The position numbers and the translations under genes were made by a program. A stretch of DNA of 63,947 bases, the filler included, from Barthelona sp. PAP020 (taxonomy: Eukaryota): NCBI GenBank assembly GCA_040182905.1. It is 4 parts of 4 records of this genome, joined end to end, with 100 filler letters (N's around TTAATTAATTAA, not from the genome) between each part and the next. Parts side by side here need not be neighbours in the genome. Positions count along the whole stretch, not along the records: positions 49,873 to 63,947 come from JARQWU010000306.1; 3 more parts are not named here. One strand, written 5' to 3'. Positions 53,760 to 63,500 of the stretch are shown piece by piece; position 1 is the stretch's first letter; the number at the start of each line of letters is the position of its first letter. The notes beneath the pieces were generated by a model that made no database searches, was not told the DNA's origin, and saw nothing but the letters and a program-made list of their open reading frames with translations.

Positions 53760-55937
53760 TCACTTTGTGTCATATAAATTCAAACGTCTATTTGAATATT
53801 TTGCCGGCGGAGATTTCATTTTTATGGGAAGCTTTTTTCCAGTGGATGGTGGAGTATCTAAATTTGATGACATTTCAAAAATATTTTTAGGTCTTAAAGA
53901 TACTAACACTTTGTCTTCAATGTCATCATAAAAATCATTGTTTATTTCTGTTGATTTTTGAATTGGTCTCGTTTTGGGTTTTGGTCTAGATCTACCTGCA
54001 GTTCCAAAATGGTTTGAATTTTCTGGGGGAGGTGGGGGAGGAGATATGAGAATATCCTCATTTTCATCTGTGGTTTTTTTTTTTGATTTCAACATTGTGG
54101 AAAAGTTTTTCTTCAGTTGAGAAGATGCGGAAGGAATTCGAAAGTGAAGTGCCTTTTTAGTTACTGTTTCTGGTTCAAATTGTGAATCAATTCTATCTTT
54201 ATTCTGCATTTGCTCTTTGTTCGAAATTTTCAAGATTCGTTTTTGTGATTCTAGCAAATTTGCAGTAATATTTTCAAAAATATCCCTTTCCTTGGGTTTG
54301 GCACTACTTTTTTCAGGATTTTTCACTGGGGAATTCACATGGTAATCGACAGTAAATGTTTGACTTTTGCCATGTTTTCTGCTTTCAATTTTGTTATCTG
54401 TGTCTGCTTCATTTTCAACAGGAAAAACATTATCCATTGATTTCAATGAATTTGAACAATACAAATGAAAGTTATTGAATATTTCAACGAGCTCTTCATT
54501 TTTATCAGGCAACAAACATTGAATCTCTTCTTCATCAATCAATAATCCTTCATTTCGAAAGAAAATCCTTTTTCTATCAATAGATGCTCTACTAAATTGT
54601 TTATTAGCGGTTCTATTTGGAAAATATAACAAGTATAAAAATAGATTTCGTAAAAACTCACAATATGAACTTGTTTTTAAATCTGAAGTCATTCCATGAG
54701 CTAAACAAAACAGGCCTAAATGTAAACGTTCTCTTGAAACACCCGGATTACCACCTGTTAAAATTTGATAATCTAATTCAATAGATGGTTCAGAATATCC
54801 AAAAATGGCATATAAAAGTTTGAAAAACTTGAAATATTCCAACTTTGAAACACGTTCAGCATATCCTGTTTGTTTTACTACCTTTCTCGTAAGATATAAA
54901 TAATATAGATCAAGAACACATTCTAACTCGTTAGAATCAAACAATTCCAAAATAATTTTTGAATAATCAGTCTTATATTGCTTCCAAAAAGGGTCCTTAC
55001 CTAAAATCAATGATTGAATTGAGGTAGCCGATTGTAAAAAATGTTGAGGAAATTCTAACATACGATATAGAATGTTAGATCTTAAAACTAACTTGCTATT
55101 TACATCAGAAGATTCATTTTCCAAATAAAAGTTCCAAAACATCAAAGAAAAAGGATTTGAAGCAATTATCGAATCGTAATGTGTCTCATATACAACTTTT
55201 GGATCATTATTTGCCCCAAACAAGCATTTTCTAGCCATATTGAGAGAAAATTTAGCATTATCCACTTCAAGACTAACACGGTTCGGAATATTATCTTTCA
55301 ATGATCCAAGTATACCATTACGAGTAGCAACTTGATTAAAATATTTGTCAGCGGTATCAAGCCTCATCTTATGATAACTCTGTAAGTGTTCATCTTGCTC
55401 ATCAGAAAACTCATTTATAGCATTAGGGGGATTTCCGCTCAGATGGGATTTTCTGGATTGAGCTCGATTGGACATTGCTGTAACTTGTCGAATGCTAACA
55501 ATAGAATTCTTGCGTATTTTGGCTAAATCAAGTTCAGGAACAGCAAGTTCACTCTCACCATCATTACTATGAATAACAGACTGATCAGGAAGAGAACTTA
55601 AAGATAATTGTCTTTCTAACTTTCCTAGATTCCTTTTTCTCCTTCTTAATCTTAATTTATGTTGAAGTTGTTGAGGAGACGAGGGTAATAACCCATATTC
55701 ATCTTCAATTTCCTTCAATATAACCTTTATGCCTTCAGTATACTCATTAAAATTTACATTAGTCTTATCTAATGTATCTGAAGCCTCAGCTAATTCTATA
55801 CGTCTATTAACTAGCTTAATTTTTTGTTCATTATAATTTCTTTGTGTTTCAAAAACATAATATTCATATTCTTCTGGATTTGCATTCAAAATTGCAGTCC
55901 TTTGAGATTTTAAATTATTAAAAGTTCTTAGGCTCAT
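53760..55937 (-). CDS. Hypothetical protein (725 aa)
   Basis: Long ORF with N-terminal coiled coil, helical core and disordered basic/Pro-rich tail; no family recognised. Confidence 0.7.
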   Translation of the reverse strand: MSLRTFNNLKSQRTAILNANPEEYEYYVFETQRNYNEQKIKLVNRRIELAEASDTLDKTNVNFNEYTEGIKVILKEIEDEYGLLPSSPQQLQHKLRLRRRKRNLGKLERQLSLSSLPDQSVIHSNDGESELAVPELDLAKIRKNSIVSIRQVTAMSNRAQSRKSHLSGNPPNAINEFSDEQDEHLQSYHKMRLDTADKYFNQVATRNGILGSLKDNIPNRVSLEVDNAKFSLNMARKCLFGANNDPKVVYETHYDSIIASNPFSLMFWNFYLENESSDVNSKLVLRSNILYRMLEFPQHFLQSATSIQSLILGKDPFWKQYKTDYSKIILELFDSNELECVLDLYYLYLTRKVVKQTGYAERVSKLEYFKFFKLLYAIFGYSEPSIELDYQILTGGNPGVSRERLHLGLFCLAHGMTSDLKTSSYCEFLRNLFLYLLYFPNRTANKQFSRASIDRKRIFFRNEGLLIDEEEIQCLLPDKNEELVEIFNNFHLYCSNSLKSMDNVFPVENEADTDNKIESRKHGKSQTFTVDYHVNSPVKNPEKSSAKPKERDIFENITANLLESQKRILKISNKEQMQNKDRIDSQFEPETVTKKALHFRIPSASSQLKKNFSTMLKSKKKTTDENEDILISPPPPPPENSNHFGTAGRSRPKPKTRPIQKSTEINNDFYDDIEDKVLVSLRPKNIFEMSSNLDTPPSTGKKLPIKMKSPPAKYSNRRLNLYDTK

Positions 55938-56025
55938 ATATTATTCAATTATATAACATTATAATTGTGAACTTTTGAAATAAAAAGAATTGTTGGAGTT
56001 TTTTTTTTCTTGTCACAACAACAGA

Positions 56026-57696
56026 ATGGCATTTTCTCTTTCATTTTCAAAAGATGATTATAATTTAAAACTGATAACAGATTTCTTTATTGCAGGTGGA
56101 TATTTTCGTGCAAGAGTATCAACTCTGTCACCTTTCGATAGAATATTGGGAGGTTTAGTTTGGTGTATACGCTCATCTAACATGAACATTGATTTGAATA
56201 TTGAATATGATGACACCCAAAAATTGGGAAAAAAAATTAGACTTTCTGAAAAAGTGTGTCAAGCTTTAATTCAGATGAAATGCCCTCATTCTTTACGTCC
56301 TCATCAAATTCAAGGTTTGGATTATGAGCATTTATTAAGAGTGGTTAGATGGTTGGTCAAGAAAGTTATGCAAACACGTGACACCAACGAAAAGATTACT
56401 CATGATTACAGTTCATATCGTTTAAATTCTTTACCAGATTTTTCATCAAAGAAAGAAACAAAACAGTTTGTTACTCCTAATAGACAATTTAAACCACCAA
56501 CAAACAAAACAAATGATATTTCGGATAATGTTTTAATGAATTTGATGGAGTTTGGTGTTGTTCCACAAAGAGTATTGACTCTATCTACAATGTTACAACA
56601 AGAGAAGATTACCGATGATGAAAGCAAACAAGAATTAAAAAGGTTGGCTAAAATGCAATCTGAATTGACGAAAGAACAAAATGGACTTGCATTGGATCCC
56701 CTTTCTCAACTTTTGGATCAAGGAGTGGCTGAAATTCAGTTAGCTCAGAAGTCTTATGACAAAAATGGCATTCGTGAAGAAACTCCTCAAGAAAAGATGC
56801 AAAAGCAAATAGCTAGTCTAGTTTTAAAACGCGATGGATTAATTGAAAAGAAAAGTGGTCTTGACCAGACATTGAATGAAGAAGAATCTAATTTGCAAAA
56901 TGCGAATGGTCAATTGAAAGAACAAAGAAGTAAGATGAAATCCCTTACAAAGAAATTGTCCAAATATGAAGGAATGAAAGATGATTCACCTGAAATAAAT
57001 GAGTTGGAACAATTATTAATTCAAACTACTGATCTCGAGAATGAATTTTTAGCCCGCAAAAAAGCGTTGAAAAGTGATTTCAAAGATCTTAGTGGAAAAT
57101 TAGAAACATTAAAGAGTAATGATCGGTTGAACCCTCAAGATGAATTGAACAAGGTAAATCAATCATATGAAGTGTTGAAAAGTAAGGAAGAACAGTTGAA
57201 TCAATTGTTGGCGGCCAGTGTAAGAGATGTTCAAGGTATTGCTCGACAAATAGAAGCTATTCCTGTACAAACGGAGGTTATTCAATATGAGAAACGTATT
57301 CAAGAGTTAAATCAAGAATTGATGTTGAGATATGAGCAAACTCGTGCTTTATACGAAGTGTTCAACACTAATGTTGAGAAAAGAGATATGTTGCAACGTC
57401 AATCAGACATGTACTTTGAATTAAATCAGCAATGGGAAACAGAATCTCATTCCAAAAGCTTTTTGAAAACTTTTTGTGAAAAATTGGAGCATTTATTGAA
57501 GCAAATGTCTTCTATCAAGAACAGTTTATCACAAGAAATGGACGAATTTAATGTTGAATTCGGAAAGATTCAAACAGAAAGAGCTTTGTTGCAAACTAAA
57601 GAAAGAAAGTATTTTAGAATGCTTAAAGATTTTGAAGTTGAAGCTAACAGAAATATTACCTTGTTGGATAGAATGACTGTTCTTGAAAATGAGTGA
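56026..57696 (+). CDS. CCDC93: CCDC93 (CCC/Commander complex subunit)
   Basis: AGGYFRARVSTLSPFDRILGGLVWCI, MKCPHSLRPHQIQGLDY, IP.QTEVIQYEKR..EL; long coiled coil. First ATG is 56026. Confidence 0.93.
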   Translation: MAFSLSFSKDDYNLKLITDFFIAGGYFRARVSTLSPFDRILGGLVWCIRSSNMNIDLNIEYDDTQKLGKKIRLSEKVCQALIQMKCPHSLRPHQIQGLDYEHLLRVVRWLVKKVMQTRDTNEKITHDYSSYRLNSLPDFSSKKETKQFVTPNRQFKPPTNKTNDISDNVLMNLMEFGVVPQRVLTLSTMLQQEKITDDESKQELKRLAKMQSELTKEQNGLALDPLSQLLDQGVAEIQLAQKSYDKNGIREETPQEKMQKQIASLVLKRDGLIEKKSGLDQTLNEEESNLQNANGQLKEQRSKMKSLTKKLSKYEGMKDDSPEINELEQLLIQTTDLENEFLARKKALKSDFKDLSGKLETLKSNDRLNPQDELNKVNQSYEVLKSKEEQLNQLLAASVRDVQGIARQIEAIPVQTEVIQYEKRIQELNQELMLRYEQTRALYEVFNTNVEKRDMLQRQSDMYFELNQQWETESHSKSFLKTFCEKLEHLLKQMSSIKNSLSQEMDEFNVEFGKIQTERALLQTKERKYFRMLKDFEVEANRNITLLDRMTVLENE

Positions 57697-57888
57697 AGTG
57701 TGTAAATTTTGTGTTTATTATTTATTCAGGTTTGCCTTCCAAAACAGGTCCGAATTTCACTTGTATCAAAAGCAAAAAACAAAAAAACAATTTGATATTT
57801 ATAATTTCATTCAACACGTGTTACATTACAAATAAAAAAATTTTGAATCAGGTAAAATTTCACATTCGACAAATTAAACGAACAAAAA

Positions 57889-58659
57889 CTAATAAATTTG
57901 AGGAGAATAGTATGGCATTTGACTTGATGATTCATATGGACTAAATGTCTGGGTTTGATCATACACAACAAATGGCTCTGTTTGAAGAGAAACATTGTCT
58001 GCAACAGAAGCATTTATATCAAAATATTCATCTTTTTGCAAAGAGTTATTTGAAACAATGGTTTTGTGAGATGGTTCAAATAAGTTAAAACATTCTTTAC
58101 TCACAATTAAATTGCTTGTAGCAGCCATTTCTGACAAAGGCATTTTATAATTTACAAGAGCAACCCCTTTTTTAGTTAATTTATGAACAACCATGTAGAA
58201 ATGCTCAATATTAGGAACAGCCACATCAACCATGTTGCGTTGTGTTCTAATAGACATCCTATAAGTGGCATCACTCATGGACAAGTGAACATCACCATTT
58301 TTGATTTGATAGGCGAATGCTCTAGATTCCCAAGATACAATCGACACATCAATAATATCAGAAAGTTTGATACGTTGATCACAGCATCCACTTTCCATAG
58401 ATATTGTGAAAAGATCATCATCAACAATCAAGGAAACCTTTTTTGGAATTGAAAAATGGTAAATAATGAACATAAATATAAACATTGATAATACAAAACT
58501 CCACCAAAGTATGTTAAGACGGAATTCAGGAACACATATTCCCACAACTGCTAATACTAGGGGGGAACTCATAATTGCCCAAAACATGATTTTTCGAAAA
58601 CAACTATTCACTAATTGCGTTGTTTGTAAATATGGTATTCGTTCAAAGTGTTGTATCAT
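57889..58659 (-). CDS. Hypothetical protein with 2 TM segments and a possible PH-like domain
   Basis: Two hydrophobic helices, then beta-rich ...RIKLSDIIDVSIV...; first ATG 58659 (MIQHFER). Confidence 0.55.
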   Translation of the reverse strand: MIQHFERIPYLQTTQLVNSCFRKIMFWAIMSSPLVLAVVGICVPEFRLNILWWSFVLSMFIFMFIIYHFSIPKKVSLIVDDDLFTISMESGCCDQRIKLSDIIDVSIVSWESRAFAYQIKNGDVHLSMSDATYRMSIRTQRNMVDVAVPNIEHFYMVVHKLTKKGVALVNYKMPLSEMAATSNLIVSKECFNLFEPSHKTIVSNNSLQKDEYFDINASVADNVSLQTEPFVVYDQTQTFSPYESSSQMPYYSPQIY

Positions 58660-58993
58660 GTTCCGAAAGATCAAAAAAAAAAATTATTCTCTTTCCAAGA
58701 TTGGGAATTGGACATTTTAAGAAAAAGAATAAACAATTGATTTCCAAAGAAAAAAGATATCAGCAGTTGAGGAAATTCTTAGAAGTGATTTTGAAAGGAT
58801 TTTCAAATTTCTTTTCATTTTTAAAAATAATACGTTAAAAGAAAATATCTAAGGTCAAAATAAAATCACAAGAAATAGAATCAGAAAATAATAGGAATCT
58901 TATCAGAAAAAGTTGATAATTTTTTGAAAGGCTTAAAAACCACAGACTTTCAAAGCAAATAAAAATAAAAAGAACTAAGTTATTGTTATTTTA

Positions 58994-59365
58994 TTATACA
59001 TGAAATAAATATTGCAATTCAACCTCTTCAGAAAGAGATTTTTGCAACTCAACCGGTTTAATATGATGATTACATTGAACGGTATCTTTGCCACATTTTT
59101 GACAAAATCTGACATCCTCTGTTCTTTCGGCATCAAAGGTATGATTTTTCTTCTGCAGTATTTGTGAATCTAAAAATCTTGTTTCAGATAAGTTTGCACG
59201 TTGGCTTCTTTCAAATTCATCAAATTCAGCAACAATATCATCATTGGAACTCCTGTATTTTTTTTCCAAATATTTTGCTTTTTTCATGGATTCTTTGAGT
59301 AAAAATGATTCTTGATTGGGACTTAATGGAATTTTTTCTCTTTCAACTGGTTCACGGTCCTTCAT
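58994..59365 (-). CDS. Small hypothetical protein with a CxxC-x7-CxxH motif
   Basis: FCQKCGKDTVQCNHH near the C-terminus; start 59365 or 59416. Confidence 0.5.
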   Translation of the reverse strand: MKDREPVEREKIPLSPNQESFLLKESMKKAKYLEKKYRSSNDDIVAEFDEFERSQRANLSETRFLDSQILQKKNHTFDAERTEDVRFCQKCGKDTVQCNHHIKPVELQKSLSEEVELQYLFHV

Positions 59366-59524
59366 TGTGCAAAAAAAAAGAATGAATAGAAATGAATGTT
59401 CATATTCATCACTCATTTCATTAATTTCACATTTGAAGAAACTTTATACAAGTGTATAATTTGATAAAACACTTTATTTTGAATTAAAAATATAAACCTC
59501 AAATTTAATTTTTATTTTTTTCAT

Positions 59525-59830
59525 ATGTCTGAGCCCAAACCAAATACTGACCTGGAATCCAATCAAACTAACGTTCAGTTTGATCAAAAACAAAAAGAGG
59601 AATTACCTCTACGATTCCGTGATCCTTCAATTTATAACAGAGAGGACAAAAAGGAGCACCCTTTCTATCGAACCTCGAACGCATCTTATGGAGCATCAGC
59701 TCCTACACAACAATCACTTCCCAATGTATATTGTGGAAGAAAAGGTACTTTCACGAAGAACTTTACAGAATTTCCACGCAACACTGGTTTAAATACTTCT
59801 GTAACGAAAAATCGTTTTGTAGACACCTGA
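59525..59830 (+). CDS. PIERCE1/PIERCE2 (C9orf116/C15orf65, DUF4490) axonemal microtubule inner protein
   Basis: LP.RF..P, HPFYRTSN..YG...PT, FT..F, RNTGLNTS. Confidence 0.85.
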   Translation: MSEPKPNTDLESNQTNVQFDQKQKEELPLRFRDPSIYNREDKKEHPFYRTSNASYGASAPTQQSLPNVYCGRKGTFTKNFTEFPRNTGLNTSVTKNRFVDT

Positions 59831-59999
59831 TATTTGTAAAATTTTAAAATTAATTTCATTTTTTTTGAAAAGATTTTTTATTCAAGGAAAAAAGAATAAA
59901 AAACAAAATGATTTATTATTTACCATACTTAACACTTTGAAAAAAAGAAAATATGAAGGTGCATCATATACAAGAGTATATTATTTAAAGCAGCAAAAA

Positions 60000-60305
60000 T
60001 CACGATTGTTGACGACGTTTTTGTTTTTTCTTTCGTTCCAAATTAGTAAATGTTCCACGCATAATTCTTCCCAACTTCTTATGAAATTCAATGTAATTTG
60101 AATTGTTGATAAAAGCCGATATTTTTTTGTTGGAATTCTTTGCACGTATCAAACAACAATATTCATCTCCATCAACCACTTTTTTGATTGATTTAGTTGG
60201 ATTATTGGCAACCCTCTTCATTGTGAACCAAACAGATCCTTTTTCTTTTGTTTCACTATACATATCCATTAAAGCAAATATAAAATCATCTGGTGATAAT
60301 AACAT
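60000..60305 (-). CDS. SRP14: Signal recognition particle 14 kDa protein
   Basis: MLLSPDDFI..L..MY, GSVWFTMKR, CLIRAKN..KKIS, basic tail LERKKKQK. Confidence 0.93.
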   Translation of the reverse strand: MLLSPDDFIFALMDMYSETKEKGSVWFTMKRVANNPTKSIKKVVDGDEYCCLIRAKNSNKKISAFINNSNYIEFHKKLGRIMRGTFTNLERKKKQKRRQQS

Positions 60306-60385
60306 GACAAAAAACTATTAATTTGATAACGATTATCACAAAAAATCTTAACACAAAATCCATTTTTTTTTTTTGATTTTATAGT

Positions 60386-60715
60386 ATGTCATTGTCTTTA
60401 GAGCAAATTGAAGAGATTTTCAATTTTATTGAACAACAATTGGATATTCCTGAAAATATGAAATTGATTGAAGATGCACAAGCAAAAAGTGCTGATGTAG
60501 GTGCCCCTGCTGTAGGTTTTTTGGCCATAATGGAAACAATTATTGAAATTTTATCACCTTTATTGGAGCAGTATGATCGAACTCTTGATCAAGTTGGATT
60601 ATTTGGTATGATTGGTGAAATTACACGTTCTTGTGCTCAACCTTCTATTCCAAAAGAAGTTAGGGATCGTTTAGCGATTATTACTGGTAGAATTATGCCT
60701 AGACCTAGTTTTTGA
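60386..60715 (+). CDS. Protein C10 (C12orf57/Grcc10) family
   Basis: LSLEQ...PEN...IEDA..., LLEQY...DQVGL, C-terminal RIMP align by eye to C10 family proteins over the full length. Confidence 0.6.
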   Translation: MSLSLEQIEEIFNFIEQQLDIPENMKLIEDAQAKSADVGAPAVGFLAIMETIIEILSPLLEQYDRTLDQVGLFGMIGEITRSCAQPSIPKEVRDRLAIITGRIMPRPSF

Positions 60716-61136
60716 TGGATTGGGAACAACGAAGGTGCAATTCCGTCAGCTATTTGCAAAAAATGATAAAATTTCCGATATTATGTGGGTTTTTCAAATT
60801 CTTGTCTTCTGATTTGGGATTTTGTATGTGTTTGTATTTGAGGTTTTTTTCTTTAAAAAAAAAGCTTTAATTATCACCTGATTTTAGTCAACAAACCAAT
60901 TGAAGAAAGATATTTTGCGGAATTTTTGTTTTTAGCAGTGGAAAGTTGCAATAAAATCTATTAGTTTTTTTTTTGTAGGTTTAAATACACGCAATTCTGT
61001 GTTGAACTTTCTTTATAAAGATGAAGCAATACTTTGTTATATTTGTTGGCTTTGATCCTCTGTCCTTTTTTTTTTTCATTTCAAACATCATTTTTTTATT
61101 TTATTTTTGTTTTTTTTTAGCTATTAATATCGATAT

Positions 61137-61592
61137 ATGGATGTTTTAACCCAATTATACGAGAAACTTGACGAAAACTTACAAAATTATCTTTCTGTTT
61201 TAAGTGACATGCATTTGAAAGTTCTACATTTTGAAAATACAAATGATGTTCCATACAGTGAAGTTATGTCAAGTGTTGCAAAGGATTCACCATTAGATCT
61301 GAAATTTGCACCACTTAATGAAACAATCAAATACAATAGTTCTAAATTTGAAAAAGAAATGTTTGATATTAATTTGCTAAAATTGTTAGATGGATTGCCT
61401 ATTCATGGGAATACTCCATTATCATTAAAAGCTGAATTTAGAGATCTAAAAGTATGTTTTCAAGGCATTAACGAATTTTCTCAAGGTGTTTTGTTGGGAA
61501 TGAAAGAATATTTTCCTGATTTATATGATGAATTGAAGGAACCATATCCTGAATTGTTTTCTTTAATTGAAAATCAAGATCATCAAACATGA
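61137..61592 (+). CDS. Hypothetical protein (151 aa)
   Basis: ATG-initiated ORF with genome-typical codon usage filling an intergenic gap; no family recognised. Confidence 0.55.
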   Translation: MDVLTQLYEKLDENLQNYLSVLSDMHLKVLHFENTNDVPYSEVMSSVAKDSPLDLKFAPLNETIKYNSSKFEKEMFDINLLKLLDGLPIHGNTPLSLKAEFRDLKVCFQGINEFSQGVLLGMKEYFPDLYDELKEPYPELFSLIENQDHQT

Positions 61593-61874
61593 GCATTTCA
61601 GTCATGAAGTGATATTTTTGTGAAATTTTTTGGGAAATATCTGAGTTTTGTGTAATTTTTTCTGCCATTCAATTTTATTTGTTTTCTTTGCAGCATTTTG
61701 CTTTCAGCAATATTTTAACACTTTGAATTGTGTTTTATAAACTTTTTTTCTTTTTATTTCATTCATTTTAATTTTTGTGTTGAAAGTTCAAACGTCTTCA
61801 TTTCCAAAAAGTCAAAAGGACAAAAGGAAAACTTTATTATCCTCATTTGCAGTGTAAAAAAAAAAAAAATTAAT

Positions 61875-63383
61875 TTATACACTGTTAAAATAAAGTTCCA
61901 ACTCTCCCAACATAGTTTTAGATTGTTCATGTTCAGGTTGAATTTCATGAGCTTTCTTTGCATGAATAAAAGCTTCTTGAAAGTCACCAAATTTCTGAAA
62001 CAACAAAGCCAAGTTATATTCTGGTTGAAACAAATTGTCTTGAATTTCCAAACAGTTTCTAAAATGTGATGCTGCTTGATCAAGGTTATCTCTTCTCAAT
62101 TCTAAAACCCCTAAATTATTCAATGCTTCTGGATGTTCAGGATTATAACTTATGGCTAATTTTAGAGCTTGATATGCTACACCTCGGTCGCTGATAGCTA
62201 TGGCAATATGAGAAATATTATACCAAATATCAGCAGCAACTTCATCACTGCATTGTTTTAGGGCAGAATCAAAACATCTTAAAGCAATATCATATTGTCC
62301 AGAATAGAAAGAACACAATCCCATATTTGTCCAAACTTCCGCAGATACAACTCCCATTTGCAATAAACGACGATAAAACCTCAATCCAACTTCAGGTCTA
62401 TCATTATAGAAATAATGACTTCCTAAACAGGCAATTGCTTCAACATTGGAAGAATCAATGGTAACTATCTGTGCATATATATCTGCAGACTTGGAAAATT
62501 CGCCCATACCATCCAAAATCCTAGCTTGCGTAAGTAAGAGAGATACATCCTTAGGATATCTTCTGGAAGCACGCACACACCAATCTAACGCAGTATTTGG
62601 CAAATCTAATCGAATATACACTTTAATTAGCTCCAAATAAGTGGTTAGGATTTCTTCTAATTTGAGAGAGCTCTTATACTGCTTTTCAGCATCACGATAA
62701 TGTCCCAATTGATAATAAGCCTTACCCAATCTAGCTTTCCAAAACCAATCATTGTAATCTGAACGAACAGTACATCTTGCAGCCAATTCAAGAGCTATTC
62801 TAGGATTATGTTCAACCATGAGTATATAATCGCATAAAACTTTGGAAAACTCAGGATTTCTACTCTGTCTAGTCATATCCATCTTGTTAATATCGATAAA
62901 CTGTCCTCCAAATTGTTGTACTGATGCCGTACCTAAACGTACAATTCTACCCGCATTTGTAGTAGGCCTGGCAGTTCCTTGACGAAAAGCTGTCATTGTT
63001 CTACGAACAGAAACACTGCTAGTGGTGGGTCTTGATGACGTACCAGGTCTTGAATATCCAGTTAATGGTCTACCTGATTGTGTTACAGGTCTGTTCATTG
63101 AAGATGATTGATTAGGTCTAGAAAATGAAGTACCTGGTCGGGGAGTATCTGTCGTTGCATTATCATCCAAAATTACATCAGCAAGCGCTTCATCATCAAA
63201 TTCTGTATCATCTATCCAATTTTTTTGAGTTAATGCATGACATTTTAAATATTTTGCCGCTTGATCCCTTGAATTTTTTTGTAAAAGATCTGTACAAATC
63301 GCAATCACAGGATCAAATTCACGTTTTCTTAATCGCATCTGTGCATATAGAAGTGGGTCAACGCCAGGAGGTACGATATCCAT
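61875..63383 (-). CDS. TTC8: BBSome subunit BBS8 (TPR protein)
   Basis: PRPGTS..RP, SGRPLTGYSRPGT, GRIVRLGTAS, DWFWKARLGKAYYQLG, VEAIACL..HYFYNDRPEV.LRFYRRLLQMG. Confidence 0.96.
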   Translation of the reverse strand: MDIVPPGVDPLLYAQMRLRKREFDPVIAICTDLLQKNSRDQAAKYLKCHALTQKNWIDDTEFDDEALADVILDDNATTDTPRPGTSFSRPNQSSSMNRPVTQSGRPLTGYSRPGTSSRPTTSSVSVRRTMTAFRQGTARPTTNAGRIVRLGTASVQQFGGQFIDINKMDMTRQSRNPEFSKVLCDYILMVEHNPRIALELAARCTVRSDYNDWFWKARLGKAYYQLGHYRDAEKQYKSSLKLEEILTTYLELIKVYIRLDLPNTALDWCVRASRRYPKDVSLLLTQARILDGMGEFSKSADIYAQIVTIDSSNVEAIACLGSHYFYNDRPEVGLRFYRRLLQMGVVSAEVWTNMGLCSFYSGQYDIALRCFDSALKQCSDEVAADIWYNISHIAIAISDRGVAYQALKLAISYNPEHPEALNNLGVLELRRDNLDQAASHFRNCLEIQDNLFQPEYNLALLFQKFGDFQEAFIHAKKAHEIQPEHEQSKTMLGELELYFNSV

Positions 63384-63500
63384 TATTAACTAAAAAAAAA
63401 GAAAAAAAAAACAACAAAAAGGAATATAAATTTACACAAACAAGAATACATAAACAAACAAATATATTATATATGGATGACTAAATTAAATTGTTAATTC

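Noticed and set aside
49880..60305. SRPRA and SRP14 on one contig as an SRP gene cluster
   Set aside because: Separated by ~8.6 kb and six unrelated genes; compatible with chance in a compact genome
60713..60766. UGA readthrough or selenocysteine extension of the C10-like gene
   Set aside because: The protein already ends where C10 homologs end, and no convincing SECIS is visible
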